Source: Chlorobiaceae bacterium | Lineage (GTDB): Bacteria; Bacteroidota; Chlorobiia; Chlorobiales; Chlorobiaceae | Direction of reading: 5' to 3' | DNA: 64,000 nt | Assembly: GCA_012972835.1 (NCBI GenBank) | Contig: JABDHK010000004.1 | Span: 153,530 to 217,529 of the forward strand | Part shown: positions 61,101-64,000 of the stretch, one piece after another | How the letters are laid out: each line of letters starts with the position of its first letter | Numbering within the stretch: the stretch's first letter is position 1 | Position numbers and translations under genes: made by a program | Notes under the pieces: generated by a model | Told to the model about the DNA's origin: nothing | Database searches by the model: none | Seen by the model: the letters and a program-made list of their open reading frames with translations, nothing else

Positions 61101-62783
61101 TCAGGGAAGCCTGTTCAGTGCACTCACCGTAGCCTTGATCGAAGCAAGACTGATATTAGAATCAATTCCTGCACCATAGGAGACCCGTCCGTCAGCACAG
61201 CCAATCTTGATATAAGCAACCGCCAAAGCCCGGGCGCTGTGCCCGATAGCATGCTCGGCATACTCGTCAACGCTGAATTCAAAGCCGCTCTCCCTTATAA
61301 ATCCCTTGACAAATCCGTCAAGTGGACCGTTTCCCTTTGCCTCAAAACTAAACTCCCTCTCCATTGTCTGCACAGTGCAACTGATCGAAGTCGTCTCTTC
61401 ATTACTACTCAGAGGATCATCATCATCCCAGCTGAAATGGCATTTTTTGAGAGTAACAGGCTCCCTGAGCTTCACATACTCCGAATGAAAAAGCTCATGA
61501 ATCTGATCAGGCGAAAGCTCTTCACCTGTTGTATCCGCTACGGCCTGAACGGCTTCAGCAAAATCGGGCTGCATCCATTTCGGTATCTGAATATCAAAAT
61601 CCTTCTCAAGCACATAAGCCATCCCACCCTTTCCGGACTGGCTGTTGATACGTACAATCGCCTCATAGGTACAGCCTACATCCTGTGGATCGATGGGCAG
61701 ATAGGGTACAGCCCACAACCCGTCAGGCGACAGGGCATGTGCTTTCATCCCTTTGCTGATGGCATCCTGATGAGAACCAGAAAAAGCGGTATAGACAAGA
61801 TCCCCCGCATAAGGATGGCGAGGATGAATATCCATCCGGGTAGTCCGGCGATAGACCTCTCGCACCCGGGGCAGATCAGAAAAATCAAGCTCCGGATCGA
61901 CACCCTGACTGAAAAGGTTCAACGCCACGATGACAATATCCATGTTGCCGCAACGCTCGCCATTTCCAAACAGGGCTCCCTCGATGCGATCAGCCCCTGC
62001 CAGCAATGCCAGTTCAGCAGTTGCTACTGCCGTACCACGGTCATTGTGGGCATGAACGCTGATAAGAACAGCATCCCGATCCTTAATGTTTCGACAAAAC
62101 CATTCGATCCGGTCAGCATAAATATTCGGTCGCGACATTTCAACTGTTGAGGGCAGATTGAGAATGATCTTTTCATCCGCAGATGCTCCCCAGGTATCCA
62201 TGACCGCATGACACACTTCAAGCGCATAGTCAAGCTCAGTACCGGTAAAGCTTTCAGGGCTGTACTCGAATCGGATACCTGCGTTGCCGCTGATCTCTTT
62301 AAGGCGGCGAACAAGCTTTGTTCCTTCAACCGCGATAGCCTTGATCTCCTCCTTGTCTTTACGAAACACCACATCCCGCTGCAACCGTGATGTAGAATTA
62401 TAGAGGTGGACAATGGCATGTTTTGCACCACTGATGGCATCAAATGTTTTCCGTACAAGGTGTTCACGCGCCTGGGTCAGCACCTGTATGGTAACATCAT
62501 CTGGAATCAAATTGTCCTTGATAAGCCTCCTGACAAACGCATACTCGGTAGCTGACGCAGATGGAAAGCCGACCTCGATCTCCTTGAACCCAACGGAGGC
62601 CAGAAGCTGAAACATTGCAACCTTTTCCTCCACGCTCATCGGAACAGGAAGCGCCTGATTTCCATCACGAAGATCCACACTGCACCATATCGGCGCTTTT
62701 GTGATTGTCTTGTCGGGCCAGCTCCTTGCAGTTATATCAACCACAGGGTAGGGTGCATATTTTTGATAGTTCATCTTTTTCAT
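61101..62783 (-). CDS. leuA: 2-isopropylmalate synthase (long, ~560-aa type)
   Basis: WCSVDLRDGNQAL..., HAHNDRGTAVA, and a C-terminal LeuA dimerisation/regulatory domain. Confidence 0.95.
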   Translation of the reverse strand: MKKMNYQKYAPYPVVDITARSWPDKTITKAPIWCSVDLRDGNQALPVPMSVEEKVAMFQLLASVGFKEIEVGFPSASATEYAFVRRLIKDNLIPDDVTIQVLTQAREHLVRKTFDAISGAKHAIVHLYNSTSRLQRDVVFRKDKEEIKAIAVEGTKLVRRLKEISGNAGIRFEYSPESFTGTELDYALEVCHAVMDTWGASADEKIILNLPSTVEMSRPNIYADRIEWFCRNIKDRDAVLISVHAHNDRGTAVATAELALLAGADRIEGALFGNGERCGNMDIVIVALNLFSQGVDPELDFSDLPRVREVYRRTTRMDIHPRHPYAGDLVYTAFSGSHQDAISKGMKAHALSPDGLWAVPYLPIDPQDVGCTYEAIVRINSQSGKGGMAYVLEKDFDIQIPKWMQPDFAEAVQAVADTTGEELSPDQIHELFHSEYVKLREPVTLKKCHFSWDDDDPLSSNEETTSISCTVQTMEREFSFEAKGNGPLDGFVKGFIRESGFEFSVDEYAEHAIGHSARALAVAYIKIGCADGRVSYGAGIDSNISLASIKATVSALNRLP

Positions 62784-62817
62784 TACCTCTCATCCTCCTT
62801 TTTATTCTCTTTAAACG

Positions 62818-62849
62818 AAAAAAGCCACCAACCCTAAGAGGCTGGCGGC
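62818..62849 (-). terminator. Strand-specific intrinsic terminator 34 nt upstream of the leuA start (terminator of the upstream unit and/or leuA attenuator)
   Basis: The minus-strand RNA reads GCCGCCAGCC-UCUUAG-GGUUGGUGGC followed by UUUUUU. The 10-bp stem includes two G.U pairs that would be A.C mismatches on the other strand. Confidence 0.7.
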
Positions 62850-62994
62850 TTTAACAATGTTCTCGCAGACTACAAAAACGAACTATAAAGCACCTCCCCT
62901 TAGAGCGACAAAGCTCCGGAGTAGCAGGCCCAGGGTAAGCAGAAGGTTATGCAAGTTCGTTCCATGCATGGTCATCATAAAAAAAGTCAACCGG

Positions 62995-63060
62995 TCATTT
63001 CAATAATAGTTGTCTTAAAAATACAAAAATAGCGAAAGCTTCCAATACAAACCCCAACAT
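62995..63060 (-). promoter_or_regulatory. Candidate Leu-rich leader peptide ORF (21 codons) upstream of leuA
   Basis: GGAGGA lies 7 nt before the ATG. The peptide is MLGFVLEAFAIFVFLRQLLLK*, with 6 of 21 codons Leu, three of them consecutive near the end. It lies between the transporter stop and the terminator hairpin. Confidence 0.35.
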
Positions 63061-63094
63061 TTTCTGATCCTCCGGATTGAAAGAACAACAGCTC

Positions 63095-64000
63095 CTACAC
63101 CTTGACCGGTAAAATCACAAATGGAATACCATGAACATAGAGGTTCTGTTGTATGGCAAACACAGTGTAGTTGTGCAGCCAGCGATCCATCATGGACTCT
63201 TTGGTAAACACAAGCTGCCCGCCAAAAAAGACAATGTCCGGAAATTTTTCCCTGATGGCGGGAACAAGTTTATTGACCTCATCAACGACATCTGTTCCGA
63301 TAGAAAAATATGCTTCGGAATAGTATCCATGATCTTTCATATAGTCAACATACTTGGAGGTTTCGTTGCGGACAAAGCTGCCCAGATTATCAATTTCATC
63401 AGCCCCTTTGAAGTTTCCTGCGTCAATCGACCCGATTTCAACGAAGACATAATTTTTATAGGTGCTTCCAAAAAGACGGAAAATACTGAAGAGGGTATGA
63501 AGCCCAAGACCGTTAAAACCGTTAACCAGAATAGCTGCCGTCTTGGCTTTCGGCTCGAAAACCGGAACTGGAGAAGTGATGTCCTGTTCCTTGTCGTGCA
63601 CATCCGAGCCAGTAAGAACGGCTGCCTCTACAATAACATCGAGACGTTTCAGGGTAGCATAGGTCTTGTTGTAGTGGTTTTTGATAAAAAAAGCACCAAA
63701 AACCAAAGCGCCGGTTATCACCATGGTAACCCACCCACCCTCATTAAACTTGAGAACCAGTACAGAAATCAGGATAAAGGTGGTCAAGGTCAGCCCTATT
63801 CCGTTAATCATAAGTTTTTTAAGCCACTGCTTTTCCGTACCTCTCTGTTCCCACCAGTGACGAACCATACCGAGCTGCGAAAGTGAAAAGGTGATAAACA
63901 CATTGATGCTGTAAAGCACAATGAGAAAATCAACAGAGCCATTTGACGCCAGCATCATGACAAGAGAGGCGACACCCATAACAAGAATGCCCTTTTCAGT
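63095..64000 (-). CDS. APC-superfamily/KUP-like transporter, C-terminal part (N-terminus beyond the window end)
   Basis: The frame is open to position 64000. It has TM helices, then LKFNEGGWVTMVITG and a ~170-aa cytoplasmic C-terminal domain. The family assignment is approximate. Confidence 0.6.
   Translation of the reverse strand, partial: TEKGILVMGVASLVMMLASNGSVDFLIVLYSINVFITFSLSQLGMVRHWWEQRGTEKQWLKKLMINGIGLTLTTFILISVLVLKFNEGGWVTMVITGALVFGAFFIKNHYNKTYATLKRLDVIVEAAVLTGSDVHDKEQDITSPVPVFEPKAKTAAILVNGFNGLGLHTLFSIFRLFGSTYKNYVFVEIGSIDAGNFKGADEIDNLGSFVRNETSKYVDYMKDHGYYSEAYFSIGTDVVDEVNKLVPAIREKFPDIVFFGGQLVFTKESMMDRWLHNYTVFAIQQNLYVHGIPFVILPVKV

Noticed and set aside
61239-62150. 303-aa plus-strand ORF antisense to leuA. 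Similar cases are a 251-aa ORF at 63131-63886 antisense to the transporter, a 172-aa ORF at 15358-15876 antisense to rpsC, and a 171-aa ORF at 46202-46717 antisense to the Bat membrane/DUF58 genes.
   Set aside because: Each is fully nested in a gene with strong family signatures on the other strand and shows no recognisable motifs of its own. I treat them as frame shadows.

Overview
This is a chromosomal window that looks like a green sulfur bacterium (Chlorobiaceae-like). That call is an inference from a cytochrome c-555-type tandem, scattered Bat/aerotolerance genes, gene order and roughly 45-50 % G+C judged by eye. All product calls come from reading the supplied translations and my own translation of gaps; no database search was run.

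Layout:
- 1-3.9 kb: engB (partial), cysS, a sugar-nucleotidyltransferase and rsmG.
- 4.0-23.9 kb, minus strand: one uninterrupted str-S10-spc-alpha ribosomal super-cluster, rpsL-rpsG-fusA-tuf-rpsJ...rpsQ-rplN-[tRNA-Gly]-rplX...secY-map-infA-rpmJ-rpsM-rpsK-rpsD-rpoA-rplQ. A co-oriented tRNA-Gly(UCC) sits between rplN and rplX.
- 24.2-32.1 kb, minus strand: tightly packed envelope-glycosylation cluster (YfhO-like GT-C, MOP flippase, GT1, methyltransferase, GT2, GT4) headed by ptsH.
- 32.1-37.4 kb: GNAT, obg, xseB, gatB, a SYLF protein, and a clpB ORF that stops after its N-terminal half.
- 38-48.5 kb: a Bat/MoxR operon (moxR-DUF58-membrane protein ... batA-batB). It is split by about 5.5 kb holding cbiA/cobB, a small secreted peptide and a markedly AT-rich two-gene islet.
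- 48.8-64 kb: housekeeping genes (tsaD, yajC, carA, class-V aminotransferase, proC, leuA), batC-like and batD-like genes, a B12-radical-SAM gene, tandem c-type cytochromes, SemiSWEET, GDPD, Pmp3, Usp, and a partial transporter.

The best candidate for something new is the AT-rich islet: a CqsS/LqsS-like multi-TM hybrid histidine kinase with two receivers, paired with a SAM-methyltransferase.

I saw no CRISPR array, IS element, integrase, prophage or rRNA.
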